A DNA stretch of 64,000 nucleotides from Chiloscyllium plagiosum (taxonomy: Eukaryota): contig NC_057719.1 in the NCBI RefSeq assembly GCF_004010195.1, forward strand, positions 76,747,273 to 76,811,272. Direction: 5' to 3'. This document shows, in pieces, positions 25,430 to 38,998 of the stretch. The translations under genes and the position numbers were made by a program. Numbering within the stretch: position 1 is the stretch's first letter; every line of letters starts with the position of its first letter. The notes under the pieces are model-generated. The model did no database searches and was not told where the DNA came from. It was given only the letters and a program-made list of their open reading frames with translations.

Positions 25430-26435
25430 CAAAAAGGAATAACAAGGTAAATTGGCTGAGAGGTAGGAAACAGAGTAATGTTTAATGGGTATTTTGTTGG
25501 AGAATTATGCAATGGAATACTCCAGGGATCAGTATTAGGATCCTTGTGTTTTCTGATAATATTTATTTTGGCATGAAGGGGGTAAATTTTAAAGTTTGTG
25601 AAGGATATAGAACTTGGGAGCTTTGTAAATAGAAAGGGGGACAGTGCCAACCTTCAAAAGGACATTGACATGTTGGAGGAGTGGGCGGACAGGTGGCAGA
25701 TGAAGTTCAATGGTAATGTGTTTTGGTAGGAGGAACAGTGCTGAAAAAAAGGATGTTATGCGAAAGGGTGTGTGAAAGCATAGAGACTTGGTTGATTATG
25801 TGTATTGATCATTCAAGGTGCTAGGGCAGGTAGAGAGAGCAGTTGATAAGGCGTTAGGTATTCTCAACTTCCTTAATAGCAGCATAGTCCACCAAAGCAG
25901 AGAGGTTACACTGATGTATACAGGAAATGAATTAGACCTCAGCTGCAGTACAGCCTTTCTGAGTGCCATACATTAGGAAGGATGTGAATGCATTGGAGGA
26001 TATGGAGAAGTTGTTTACAAGAATGGTTCCAGAGATGAGAAGCAGTCAGGAGGATAGGTTAGGAAAGTCAGGACTGCTTCCCTTGGAGAAGTTATAGCTG
26101 AGGAGAGTTTTGATGGAAGTTTTCAGAATCATGAGGAGTCTGGGTACAGTCAATAAGTAAAACCAGAAGGCACATTTTAAAGTGTTTTGCAAAAGAAGCA
26201 AATGTGTTTTGAGAAAAATCCTTGTTCACACAGCAAGCAGTTAGGAGTTGCAGTGCCTAAAGGTGTGTTGGAAGCAGATTGAATCAAGATATTCAAGTGG
26301 GCATTAGATGTATATTTAAATAGAAACAATAGTGCAGGGTACTGGGGAACAAGCAGGAAACTGACACAAAGCCAAACTGATTGGAAAATCAGTGGAAACA
26401 CGATGGGTCAAAAGCCTTCTTTCTGCATGGTAACA
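25430..26435 (+). mobile_element. Old CR1-type LINE 3' region
   Basis: ccagggatcagtattagga (PQGSVLG), tggcagatgaagttcaat (WQMKFN), ttagacctcagctg; highly decayed. Confidence 0.7.
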
Positions 26436-27764
26436 GTGAGAGTAATGACACGTTCACAGCAGGTATACCCTCACAATGGTCTATTACCAACTTATTTTTT
26501 TTAAACTTCGTCCACCCCACTCCAACACTGGCACCTCCACATCACAATTTATTTGGAACCTCCTTTCAATTTTTATGTTTCATTTACGAAATAGCTGGTA
26601 GCACAACTTTATGGTTGAACCAAAAGGTCAAGTTTATTGCACAACTATTGCTGAAAACTATTTAAGTAAAAAGTGACAAAGTTGACAGCTAAAATACAGC
26701 TAAAAATAATTAAAATGTGGAAATTAAAATTAGAGCAGAACAATTTGAAAACTTGAAACCAGAATTCAGGAATTGTGATTGCTCCTGTAGTCTAATAGTT
26801 TGAGGTTGTCCTCACAGGTGGACTGAACAAAACTGGTGCTCAAAATGAATGAAGACTCCTTTGTTTCACATTTACAGTATGTCAGGTTGCGGTTCTTGGC
26901 TCAGTGCAGTGGTCCTGAATACTCTTCTCTTGTCTATCTGTTGAGGAGCTGTTGATGTTTCAAGGTCTTTCTCTGTGTCTGCACACAATGATTGTTCACA
27001 GCCAGATGTTTGTACAGATCAAAATGTAAATGGTAATACAACTGTGGAATGAAGCTCCACAGTAGATTTGATTTGATCTACCCTCACAAACCATTGTAGG
27101 TGCAGTGATGGACTTTTTACCTTTAGGCAGGTATTCATACCTGATGAGCCAATCCTTACATTAGTAAAATAAGAACAATATGGAAGTTTCAATAGTACAG
27201 CTAATGTTATCTACATTTATATACAGGCATTTGTGTGTTTAAGCTAATACAAAGCAATTCCATTGCAAACAGTTGGTCAGTTCTTTCAGTGAGTCATGCT
27301 GCAAGTTCCTTGAGAGGTGCAAACAGTGATCTTTATATCATCAAGTGACATGCCATTTAACTATCATGATGCCACGAACATATTTCTTAAAGGTGTATTG
27401 CACTGTAGCTAGGAGACATAATGCAACAAGCGGACTCTCGGTGTGGGCGATGGAGGCATCCATTATCTTTTAGTCTAAATATTTGACACTAACTGTCTCA
27501 ACTTTTAGTTTTGATGATTGTCATCCTGTCAGGCTTTTGGTGAGATAGGAAGACTATTCACACCTACAGGAAACCATCAGAAAGTTCCTGTTTACCCTTG
27601 AAAATGTTCATTAAATCTCAAAAAAGACTCATGATTTTTTTTATCTTGAGAGGGGTCTGCTCCCAACGCTAGGTGAATCCAAAAGACTAACCATTTAATT
27701 TCTGAGAGACATTTTGTAAGATTCTGTGTGTCCATCTTAAGGATAGATAAGCTCACTTGTTTTG

Positions 27765-28865
27765 TTCATGGGGTGGTGTTCCATGTGCCTACTGCTGTTG
27801 TTTTCTAGGTGGTAGTGGTGGCCGGTTTAGGAGGTGTTGCTGAAGGAACTGTGGTGAGTTGTCGCTGTGAGTCCAGCAGATGTCAACATACATCAGAGGA
27901 GGGAGTGAATGTTGAAAGTGTTGCATGAAGGGCCAATCAAATGGACTGTGCCAGACAAGAGGAGTGTATTCCATTCACACTCCTGACTTGTGCATTATCG
28001 ATGGTTGACAGTCTTAAGGGGAGTGAGGAGCTGAGTTACTTGTTGCAGGAACCTAGTCTCTGGCCAGTCTTCAGCTCTAGCCTGAATGTTGTTTAAGTCT
28101 TGCTACTTTGAACACGGGCTGCCTCAGTATCTGAGGAGTTAAGACATTGGTAAGCTACATTTGGAGTACTGTGTACAATTTTGGTCACCCCACAATAGGA
28201 AGGATGTTATTAAGCTGAAAAGGGTGCAAAAAAGGATGCTACTGAGACTGGAGGGCTTGAGTTATAAGGAGAGGGTGGATAGCCTGGGACTCTTTACTTG
28301 ATTGTAGTAGGCTGAGGGGGTGACCTTATTGAGATTTATAAAATCATGAGGGGCATAAGTAAGGTAAACAGACAAGGTCTTTTTCCCAGGGTAGGGAATT
28401 GAAAACTAGAAGGCATAGGTTTAAAGATGAGAGGGGAAAGATTTAAAAGGGACCGGAGGGGAAGTCTTTTCACACAGAGGGTGGTGCGTATATAGAATGA
28501 CCTCCCAGAAAAATGTCAGAGGCAAGTACAAATACAACATTTAAAACATTTGGAAGGTACATGGATATAAAAGGTTCAGGGGGACATAGGCCAGATGTAG
28601 ACAAATGGGACTAGTTCAGTTTAAGAAACCTGGTTGTCATAGATGAGTTGGATCAAAGGGTCTGATATCGTGTTGTATGACTCCATGAATCACAAATGGT
28701 ACTAAACAATGTTCACTTATTGGCAAACATCCCCACTTTTGAGCTTATGATGGTTGGAAGGTCATCGATGAAGCAGCTGAAGATGACTGGGCATGTGACA
28801 CTATTCTGAGGAACTCCTGCACCTCTGAGGCTGAGGTGGTTCACCTCTAACAACCACAATCAGAT
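27765..28865. mobile_element. Family B LINE fragments (minus) interrupted by a CR1/HER1 3' fragment (plus, about 28145-28690)
   Basis: 27765-28140 is the reverse complement of 16540-17140-like sequence; insert has ttggagtactgtgtacaattttggtc and a CR1 tail. Confidence 0.7.
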
Positions 28866-28947
28866 GAACCCATATCTCTAGAGCATTAGTCTGTACCTCT
28901 GGATTACTAGTCCAGATACATTACCACTTTGCCACTGCCTCACCTGG

Positions 28948-29132
28948 CACCTGAGAAAGGAAAAGTAGTCTCAGTTTTATATCTTTCCAAAAGATGGCAT
29001 CTCCAACTTTGTAGCTGTCTCTTAATGCTCCACTTGAGCATCAGCCTTGCTTTATCTGCTCATGTCTTGAGGTGGGACTTGAACCTGAACCTTTCTGGCT
29101 CATGGGCAAAAGCACTATCATCTGAGTTGTAG
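28948..29132 (-). mobile_element. DeuSINE (SacSINE1-like) 5' half
   Basis: gtgggacttgaacctgaacctttctggctc...agcactatc (reverse-complement tRNA head) and aaagatggcatctccaac. Confidence 0.65.
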
Positions 29133-29203
29133 TTAACACACACTGAATAATGCTGTGTTTAGCAATGAATACATGTGGCCACAATTTTAACCATACAAGA
29201 AAT

Positions 29204-29209
29204 TTTATT
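29204..29209 (-). promoter_or_regulatory. Candidate distal polyadenylation signal AATAAA
   Basis: TTTATT on plus strand at the edge of the repeat-free zone; other AATAAA hexamers lie upstream in the UTR (e.g. near 30620, 31580, 33520). Confidence 0.5.
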
Positions 29210-29849
29210 CAAGTTGATATATTTAGTGCTGAGATGAGGCTGAACAGTTTGATCAACGGTAGGTTTAACGAATAAACCAAGCCTGCTTGGCTATGTGGTG
29301 TCTCTTAAAAAAAAAAGTAACAAATGACTTCATTTGATTCTTTTTAAACAAAAATATATGTTCTATTTCTCTTAAACCATAACTTAATTAAAAAATGCAA
29401 AATACATACAGAATCAATTTACATCAACCAGACAAGATGAGACAGTGATATTTCCAAACCATGAAATATTTTGTTAACTATTGTCATTTTAACTGACAAA
29501 CATAAGTTCACATCAAAAAACATGAGGAGACACTTCAAATCAAAGAAGTGAGTAACAGAAAGGTCTGTTCCTGATGTGTGAAGGATGGCAAATACATATG
29601 TTTCTCTGTGCAATAAATAAGACCATAGTGCATTTGCTCTGTAGTTAAAGTCGCTTCCCCTCAAATATTCCAAACTACTTCAGACTATTTCAGTTAGGAG
29701 CTTGAAAAATATTTTTCACTTTCAACAAATAAATATATAACATAATAAAAAGCAGTGCAATGATCCAGATCAGTATGCAGTGTTGTAGAAATCCAAATCA
29801 GTCCAACTATGTAAAAAAACAAGACTTAAGCAAAAACCAGATCAAGAGT

Positions 29850-29884
29850 GGGGAGGGATGGGATGGGATGGGATGGGATGGGAG
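29850..29884 (+). repeat. (GGGAT)n pentanucleotide repeat
   Basis: Seven G-tracts separated by A/AT. Confidence 0.9.
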
Positions 29885-32800
29885 TTATTTGCTGTGGTGA
29901 CTAACCTTGGCCAGAATGGAGCTTATGTAACTACATTCTGCTCACTGAATTCTATTACACAAGGAAAAAAAACTGATCAGGTGACATTGTTGTTTCAGTC
30001 ATAAGTTCTAGTTGCTACAGTTTGAACAGGCTCCTTTCAAATAGACTCTATTTGTTCAGTACTTGGCTCACTGTCCACTGTGCTTGCTGTACATCCTGCT
30101 ACATATCCAGCACCTAGATTTATTTAATTGGATACCAAAGTGGAATCCACTGACATTTCACGTTAGAAGATTGACACACTGCTCGAAAGCAGTAGTTAAA
30201 TCATTTGCCATTTGCAGAGTGACACTACAAAATTGTTGAGATTCAGAAACAAGTTGTCTATGTCAAACACCAACAACTTCATAATGGTTAAAAAGGGATT
30301 GTTAATTTAAATACAGACAGATAAAATAATAGAACACCAACAGTTGCAACTGTGCACGAGTTATTTCATTGTTCATTAGTTGTTGGTCCCCAAATCCAAT
30401 TAACTGGACATCTTTCATCATCCCAATGTCATTTAGCTATCTGATTTTTAAATGAAGAAAGGTATTTTCTAATTAGTGTCAGATGATCAAATTATAACTG
30501 TATACTTGTAATTTGTATCTTTCAACATTCACCCACAATCTAATTCCCAGTGAAGTCATTTTGCACTTAAGTGGATGTTGATTTACCAGGAGCAGGATGT
30601 TGCCTTCAATCTGTCATTTATTTTGCTCCCACAATTTGTTTTGATCGGGAGTGTCACAAGACATTGTATATAACCCAACTGTCCTCTTAAATTAATCAGG
30701 AACCCCTGAAAATGCAAAGAATGCTTAAAAAAAAGCAAGTTATATTTCTTACATTGCAAAGGACCATAAAACACCAAGACAGCCACAGTATTAAACATTA
30801 AGATTTTATCGAACAATTATTATAAAGATCAGGGTAGACTTGTTCCCAGGCCATTAAATGGTACAAATCTGAACTCAATTCTTGAAATAGCAAGTGTACA
30901 CAGCCTTTTTAACCAGCCAGTAATTATCACTTCACAGCCTTCAAAATCAGATGAAACTTGATATCGTCAAAAATCAGATTTGCAATAGGAAATATGTGCC
31001 TTTCTGGCATTCATATTATACATGGAACATTCAGCAGTGAATTAGCCTCAAGAATAAATGCATTAGCCGTAAAATTGTATGGAGGAAAGGGGAACGGAGT
31101 TCAATCACTGAGGGAAACTTTCCATTTTGTTTTGCGAGCAATCTCTGTCTAACCAGCGCCATTATGAACCTCCATCTCAAATATGAAGGAGGCAAGTGTT
31201 AAGTGACAGGTTGGGTGGAGGAGAGTTGACAATGTCATCTCTTCTACCGACCAGTGATCTCTCTTTAATATTTATTCCCCACTTGCTATGGAGTAACCAA
31301 TGGTGTAAAACTTCAAATATTCTTTTCAAAATAAAATTCATTGATATCAGCGAGAAGGGGCATCTACATCATTATCCATTGGCAATGGTGCAAAGGGGAA
31401 AAGGTCTCTGAGTCAGTTCACGTCAGGAGAGATTCTCAGTATCACTCCTCATTGCTGTTGGTATAGGGTCAGCAACAGCAGCTATTCACAATCATCACAT
31501 TAGCATTGGAAGCACCATGACTCTGAGGCAGCACAGTAATAAAAAAAAGGCAATGTCAGTATTTGTTGGGTTTGTTTTTTATTGGGCTTACTGACCTGAA
31601 CAACTTGTTAATGACCTAGCTGTGATGTCCATACCCACCACCCACTTCCTAAGGTCAACTCTCAATTCCCATTGATAAAAGCAATGGGTCAACACAAGTT
31701 GAAAGCAACTCCACACAATAAAGCACCATCTCATTACCCTTATAGGCAAGTGCAATCAAAAATTGCTCAAAGCTAAATTGAAGGTAGGTGAGGTGAGATA
31801 GGGTGGGATGGAAGATCTCAGAACGACTGGCTCATTAGTAAAATTTGTTGGTTCTGGTTTGGCCATTGAGTGGCACAGTCCATTTGATTGGCCCTTCATG
31901 CAACACTTTAAACAGCTCATTGTCTCATTATGAAAGTACGTCTTTCTGTCTCTGATTTAACAGTTGATGTGCTTAATTAAACAAACACACGTGCGAATTC
32001 ATTAAATAAGCTGGTAGTTCAACACAGGCTTTCAACTATTGTTCATCCATGTTGCCAAGTTAAAGCAGACAATAGATTTTAATCAGCATTGTGCCACCCA
32101 TGAGTTAAATTTATAACAATGACAAATAGTACAGCAGTGAAAGGATTTCAAAATCAAATTGGCGAGAGTCAATCCAGCACCCAAAGATATTCTATAAGAA
32201 GATTGTGCAAAGGCCTGCACTTTCTTAATAAAGTGACTTTGTCTTAATTTAAATAACTTTAACAGAATTTGCCCATCTCCTTTGGAACAGGGGAAGAGTG
32301 AGATCAAGTTTTCTCTTCAGAACATTTTCCTTAAGTCAGTACTGGGCACCTGGTGATTTAAGGTGCAGTTTTCAAACCTATGCTGTATTTATACAATAAC
32401 ACAGACACCAATTGCTCAATAATCAATAAATTGGCAATATATCAGTTAGACTGGATATATCAAATATGTCCAGAGACTTCCCTATTTTATGCCTCAAGTT
32501 TTCTTTCAACAAGGTCTTGAGCTGAAAGAAAACTTAACATTTCATTCTGTTGTTATTCCACTGAGACCCATAAAACCCTTCGAGCTCCTGTCTCACAACT
32601 GACCATCATTTCACTAAACCTTTAAGTTAGGAATCATTTTTATACAGACTGCCTTCTTATTGACACATCACACATTGTCCATTCTCAGTTAACAAAAGTA
32701 CCCTAGTGAGATTGAGTGGGGAGATTGAGCACACTAATTACCTGTGTCAGCATTTATTTCTCAGGTGATAGGCATAAAGGCACAGCAATACAGAAGCAGG

Positions 32801-35800
32801 CTGGCAGTTTGCTGCTGGTTTGAATTTACTTACAGCTACACTGCCATCTAGTTTTGCCCCAGAGATTAATCTAGTGCATCTTCTGGGTCAAATTCAAGTG
32901 GAGGCAGTGCTCTGCTTTCAAGAGATCTCAAGATCTCCACTTTCCTACTGGTATTCTGAAGATCATGGGCACAGCAAGCACTTGCTCTGGTCATATAAAT
33001 GGCTCTATAGTTCTGCTGGAAAGGATACATACTTATACAGAGGAGTCTCACATTTGTGGCTCTTATAGCAACATCCTCAATCAGAACTCTCAAATTTTGA
33101 CCGCATTCTTATTTGCACCCGAAAAGCCGCAGAGTAAGAAATAGCACAATTCTAAGTAGATAGGGATTTCAGCATTTAATTCACATTTCCAAAATGCATT
33201 TATGTTCAGCTTTTCATTTTCTTTTAGTTTTTGACCTAGTGAGCAATACAACTGGGAGTTGTTCATTCTGACTGGATTCCTGTGCAATGATCTTTAACAC
33301 CAGTTGGCTAAACATCATTTGTATTTTGTTATTAAATTCTGTTCCAAACAGCCCAGCAGATAGAATACCACTCAATATAGAAGCAACTTGGCTGCCTATT
33401 TCGTAGTGAGCAGCTCTGAAAGGCAGCTGACTCTACGATTCACCATAAAATCTGTGCACTCTTGGACAAATCAGTCACTGTAGCTAAAAGTCTCAAAGAC
33501 ACATTGCTCTACCTTCTATTTTATTAAATATATGGAATAATATTTATATGCTGCTATGAGCATGCTGTTAACAGAATGATGTTTCTATCTCTTGAATATG
33601 CAGAAGGAGTCACAATTATCCACCCCGCTCTAAATAGTGCTGAATCATTAGTTAGACCCACACACATCCCTACCTATATCCACTGCTATTTGATCATTCA
33701 CGTAATAGCAATATAATGCTGACCGAGAGCTAAAAAGTACATTTGTGACTTGACTAGGAAAGGCATAAAATTTTTAAATCACACTTTAGTTAGATATGTC
33801 AGAGACACACCAGCATTCAGATATAATAGAATGTGCTGACAATACTCTCTCATGAAGTGAAACAGCCACCATTCTATTTGCATGTGTGTGTGAGAGTGCG
33901 TGTATGAGTGTGTGTGTAAGTGTGACGTCAGACTGATTATCACTCCAATAATATTTAAAAGTCAGAAAGCGGTGACAAAGAAAATACAAATCCAAAGAAA
34001 AATTGACATTTGCCTTTGCGAGGTCAAATATTAGTATGCCAGAGCCATGTGACAGGGAGGTAGGCTTTAAAAAATGGAATGGTCAAACTCAAAAATCTTC
34101 TCTTTGGCCTCAAGCGCACAAGATTGAAGTAAAGCAAAAACCAAAGGTTTCAGACATTCCCTTCAAAAGAAACAAGTGAATGGAAACAAGACATTGTACT
34201 GTTCTCAGAGAATAGATACATTTAAATGGTCAGATCAGGAGGTACTTGCTGCATCCAGTTTAGTTCTTAACATTGTTGTTGTTCTAGATAAATAAATGGG
34301 GATAGACATCGAAATGTCTGTTTGAGAATGTAACAGCACTTTTTAATCACAAAGACTGCAATCCTACTTTTTTCCTTACTCGTCATTTCTTTTCTCCAAT
34401 CAAAATTATAAAGAGAGTGTATAATGCCACTGACATCCATGCACTCCAATATGGCTTGTGCATTCTGCAACTATACCTTCTGTTGACCAGCAGGAATTGC
34501 ACAGACTCAAGGTAGGATGAAGAGAGTTGTCAGTTTTAGCTGAAAGTTATTCTCGGACCATCACAATGTGAAACTGGGAGACTGTGAATCCCACGTATTT
34601 GACTGTGTGAAACACTATCCTTTCTGGAAGTTACATGTCTCTTGCCAGGAAAATAACATAAGGCTGTTATGTTTTTCTGACTTATAAACTACACCCACAA
34701 AGTTATCACACTTACAAATAGTACAAATGAAAATAAAACCAAAAAAAAAGACGCACTTCAATTATGCCATTTTAGAAATTGTTTCCTGGAGCTGTATGCT
34801 CAATATATTGGTGAGTGAGCAGTTTTTGTGGAGTTGTTAAATTACCAGAGTGCACACTATGAAGATGTACTATATTTTCATCCTGTCAAACTCTGGCTTG
34901 TATTACTGGTACTCGTAATATCACTAGTAGACCATTTGCTCCCCTGCTTCTCACCATTATGCCCTTGGACAGGTTTACACTTCTGCAGCAGACAACGTTA
35001 CTCCTACTTTTTGTTCCCCAGGAGAAGTACATGGAACTTTATAGGTAGGCAAGGCTATTGCAGCATTCACAGAGAAAATGGAAGAAAAATAAAACCTACA
35101 GCGTGAACAGAACTAACAGTCCCACATATAGCAACCCCTCTGTCAACATGTCTCATTATTCTCTGGTATCATTTGTTGAAAAATTATTGGAAGCAGCCAC
35201 CACAGGAAGCTTGCAAGTAACACTGGCTTATATTGAAAGGCATGGATAAAAGATTTGACTTCTGGACTGTGGACTTTTGCAAATACTGTCCAGCCTATGG
35301 ACCTTAGGCTAACAAAAAGGGATACTGTCTCCTCACAGCTAACAATAAAACATTCCTTTGACAATTTTCCATTACATGTTATTAATAATATCATAATCTT
35401 TGACCTTCAAGGTCTCAGTGCAATATATACTTACAAAAGAGCATTAAATACAAGTGGTCACTTATACAAGGGACATGAGATGAACACTGGAACACTTGTT
35501 CCCAATCCTTTGATTCAGCAAATACAATTATACTCAACAGACCGAGGAACTGTGAGCTGCATTGCTGACCCAAAGACTTTTGAAGATGATACTTCTCTTA
35601 ATAGCTGATGTCCGGATACAGTTTTCTTTGTAAATCAGTAAAAAACTACTTCAGGTGAGGCAATGCAGTTTGACAGATTGACAGAAACGTCTATTTACTC
35701 TCACCAATCATGCGAAGATAAAACCCTCTTTAAAATGGGTGCTCATCAGGAAAGGCGAGAGGGTTTAGTAAACAGAGCAAGAAAAATTGGCTCAAGAGGA

Positions 35801-35997
35801 TGACACATGAGCCGCTGAAAAAAAAATCAATACTTTGTGTTCACCCTCCTGCTGGGACCTGCGAGTGACTTACACTTGTGATAAAAAAAGTTCTGAGCTG
35901 TATATTCACTTCACAGATACTATCTGCATTGCAAGACCGCTGAGTTTCTCAGCTTTTAATCATGATCATCCACCATAACTAGCCGGGAGGTTTTTTT

Positions 35998-36020
35998 GGG
36001 GGGGGGGGGGGGGGGGGGGG
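35998..36020 (+). repeat. Poly-G run (23 nt)
   Basis: Direct reading. Confidence 0.9.
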
Positions 36021-36618
36021 TGGCACAAATTTCTTCTCCTCTCTCCACCTGAACTGCTCTTGTCATCATTCAGGGGTGAAACAATGGACTTGCAGAGAGG
36101 AAAAGAAATGAATGGACAGATTCTTTTAAAATACAGGCATGGTTTAACACGTCTTCATTCGAGACTATTTATAGCTTATTGGAAGGTACATAAATCTCGA
36201 TTGGTCATGCTTTATGCTTTTAGCATCTGCTAACGTGCTTGCCTTGAAACTTGTTTAAGTAGGTTACAACACAGGAGAATACAGACGTATTGTTTTTTCT
36301 ACTAACAAATGCAACATGAACTTAGCGTTGATTCATAACAACATGATTCCAAGCCAAAAAGTCAATGAGGATGGTAACACAGAGATCTTCGATGTGTACA
36401 GTACAAGATGAGTTTTGGGAATAAGATGGAGGAACCCAGCTGAACAGCATCCAACTGCTTATTTTTGCTGTCGGCTTGGTGAATCCTGGATCCAAGTTTG
36501 AACTTCGGCAAAATCCTAGGATGACACTAAGTGGCATTCAGTTCAAGCCAGTCTTTTCATAAAAGTGCATTCCCAGTGCAAGTTCCTTTCGTGGATTTGT
36601 GTGGTGTACCGCATGCTG

Positions 36619-37097
36619 CTACGACCAGAAATTGTGCTGTAGCTCATAGACTGTTGCCTTGCGTGGATTCATCTCTGCTCCGCACAATGGAAGCGTCCCA
36701 TCCTGACTCTGACCTTCCACATCTGTGTCTAATAATGTCCGCTCATAGCTACCGAGTCCTTGCCTATAAGGCAGAAAGAGGGGGAGCCCCGGCCTATCCT
36801 CCACAGTGCCACTGCTGCTGAGGCAGGAGTCCAGATTGGATGGTGTTTCAGTGCTTGAACTGTTGACTGGGGAATTACTGCATGTTTTGCTGGGCGAGAC
36901 AAACCACCATGGGTCTAACCGCTGACGGTTTGCAGATGGACGTGGCCTTGGTACAAATTCCAATGTTTTGGGTCTTTCTAATGTGAAATCCTGCTTTGTG
37001 TTCCTCCGTCTCGGAGTCGGTGGAAAAACCAGATTGGGGTCAGGCAAGCGCGGAACCTCCGTTGGATCCCTGTTGGGGCTTGGACTTTTACCTACAC
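36619..37097 (-). CDS. MAP3K9: MAP3K9 last coding exon to stop codon
   Basis: [31 protein letters not shown]...[30 protein letters not shown]...[12 protein letters not shown]...FWS*; the C-terminus as I recall it matches MLK1 rather than MLK2/3/4; acceptor tttaag. Confidence 0.95.
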
Positions 37098-38206
37098 CTT
37101 AAAGAAGACAGAAATATTAATCTCTACCAATCTGTATCTTTTCCCATTCCATTATAATAAACACGAATTATAAGGCAATGACAGGGAATAGAATAAAGAA
37201 AGTAATTAATTGCATTGCTCCCAAGGGGATTAAATGGATGAAGCCTTGGATGTATTTGCTACTACTCTGCTTCTCACTTTCTTTTTTCGACTTTACCTCT
37301 GGTCTTGCTGTATTCAGTGTGGTTTTCACTAGTATTATCAACCGGAAATATATTTATTCTTCTTTTCTCTGTCATTTTCATTTACTTTCAATCTCTCAGA
37401 AAGAATGGGCCATCAAATGATTTCTGCAGATTTCCTGCCCCTCCCTGAACTGAACTCCAATTTTAATTGAGTCCATTCCATTTCAGGCTCCTCAGTGAAT
37501 TAAAGTAAATTTGATATTTTAGGACCTGGTGAGAGAGCAGGCGACATTGGATGCTTCTGCTTACTTGGCAATAGAACTAGTTCATCCAACAGCTATCTAC
37601 TTCTAATTGAGGATGGCTTTCATGGGTATACCATCCCTCTCCAAGTTACCATTGTACAACATGTAATAAGTGTCTAAATACACAAGATAATTGCACCATT
37701 CAATATGTTACAGCAAGTTGCTTAGAAGGTGCATTTACTGATCATTAAAAAAATCTTCATTGAAATTCAATGTGGCAATATTTTGAGAACACATTAGAAT
37801 CCTGTTCTTCCCACCACTTACAAATACACACACAGATACACATAGAATGAATTAGTCACAGATCTGTGTTCTGGTGACATACCACAACTCACAATGGAAA
37901 CAGAGCCACACAGTGAGTGCCATCATGGAGTTCATTGCTTTCACTGGAAAGGTGCAAGAGCTGATCATTTTATTGGATGGGGACTGGAATGGCTACAAAG
38001 GCAGCATGTTGGGACACACACATACACACGAGCAGTGGGGTAAGAAAACTGTGAAGAATTCAAAGTAATTGGACTTTGTATTCATGAGAAACAACAAGTA
38101 AAAGGAAGATGCATTTTACAACATTAGGACCAAGATATTATAAATTCTGATTAAGGAACTGTATTGGTTAAACTGTCTACTTTATTATAACATACCAAAC
38201 ACCTAC

Positions 38207-38998
38207 CTGTAGAAATGGAACCCAAGGTACCATTGGATGGCATGCAGCTTGGAGTCTGGGGAACTTGCTTAATTGCACCATCAGAAGGAGTTCGCCTGTG
38301 ACCCCAGTGCACTGTGGTAGTGGTTTTTGTCACATGAGTTGGAGTCAATGATTGTTTAGGGTCACGTTTGAAGCGCTCAATGGTTATATCAACCAAAGGA
38401 TGATTGGTAATAAACTTGGAGCTCTCATTGATCAAACTTGGGGTTGTAGGCATTTCGTACACCACCATTTCATCACTGTCTGAACGTAACAAAGATCTTG
38501 TGGAGTTGCATTCAGAAATGGAAGACAATGAGAGCAATGTCAACGAGGAAGATGGATCAAAGGAGGAAATAACTGCTTCGTCATTCTTGAAGAGTTTTCG
38601 AGAAGGGGGACTGGTGCTCCTCCGCAGTCGGCTGGTGCGCTGGAAAATGCCTTCCTTCTTTTTCTTCTCTTCCTTTGGTTCAACATCATCTTGCAAAATC
38701 TGACATTTTCCCAATTCAAGCAAATCTAATCCCAAAGCCACTGCTGCTAGGACAGCCCCACAACCCAGGAAGACAAAATCACACTTCTTCCTTTGTGAGC
38801 CTCGTTTTATACTGTTGGTGGGAGTATGCTGTGGGGTGCTAGTAGTTGAGTTTACTGGAGTAGGATCCTCATTATTGTCACTAACAGCACCCTCGCCATC
38901 ATTTCTGTCAAATGGTAAAGAGAGGTAGGCTTGGTTGTGTAAAGCAGGTTGTTGTAGTGTTACATCAAAATCAACAATGGTGTCACCATCTTCATGCT
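38207..38998 (-). CDS. MAP3K9: MAP3K9 large penultimate coding exon (Ser/Pro-rich C-terminal region)
   Basis: EHEDGD...PTPVNSTTSTPQHTPTNSIKRG...LLSLSSISECNSTRSLLRSDSDE...FKRDPKQSLTPTHV...HRRTPSDG; acceptor ttgcag, donor gtaggt; 792 bp, in frame with ORF 38151..38741. Confidence 0.95.

Larger units (their letters stand above)
29185..36618 (-). other. MAP3K9: Putative long 3'UTR of MAP3K9
   Basis: AT-rich stretch after the stop with no recognisable HE1/CR1 copies, ending at a minus-strand AATAAA followed by GT-rich sequence; repeats resume just beyond. Confidence 0.55.

Noticed and set aside
1..29100. Expected convergent neighbour TTC9 (by human synteny)
   Set aside because: No TPR or TTC9-like peptide found in the ORF track or by eye
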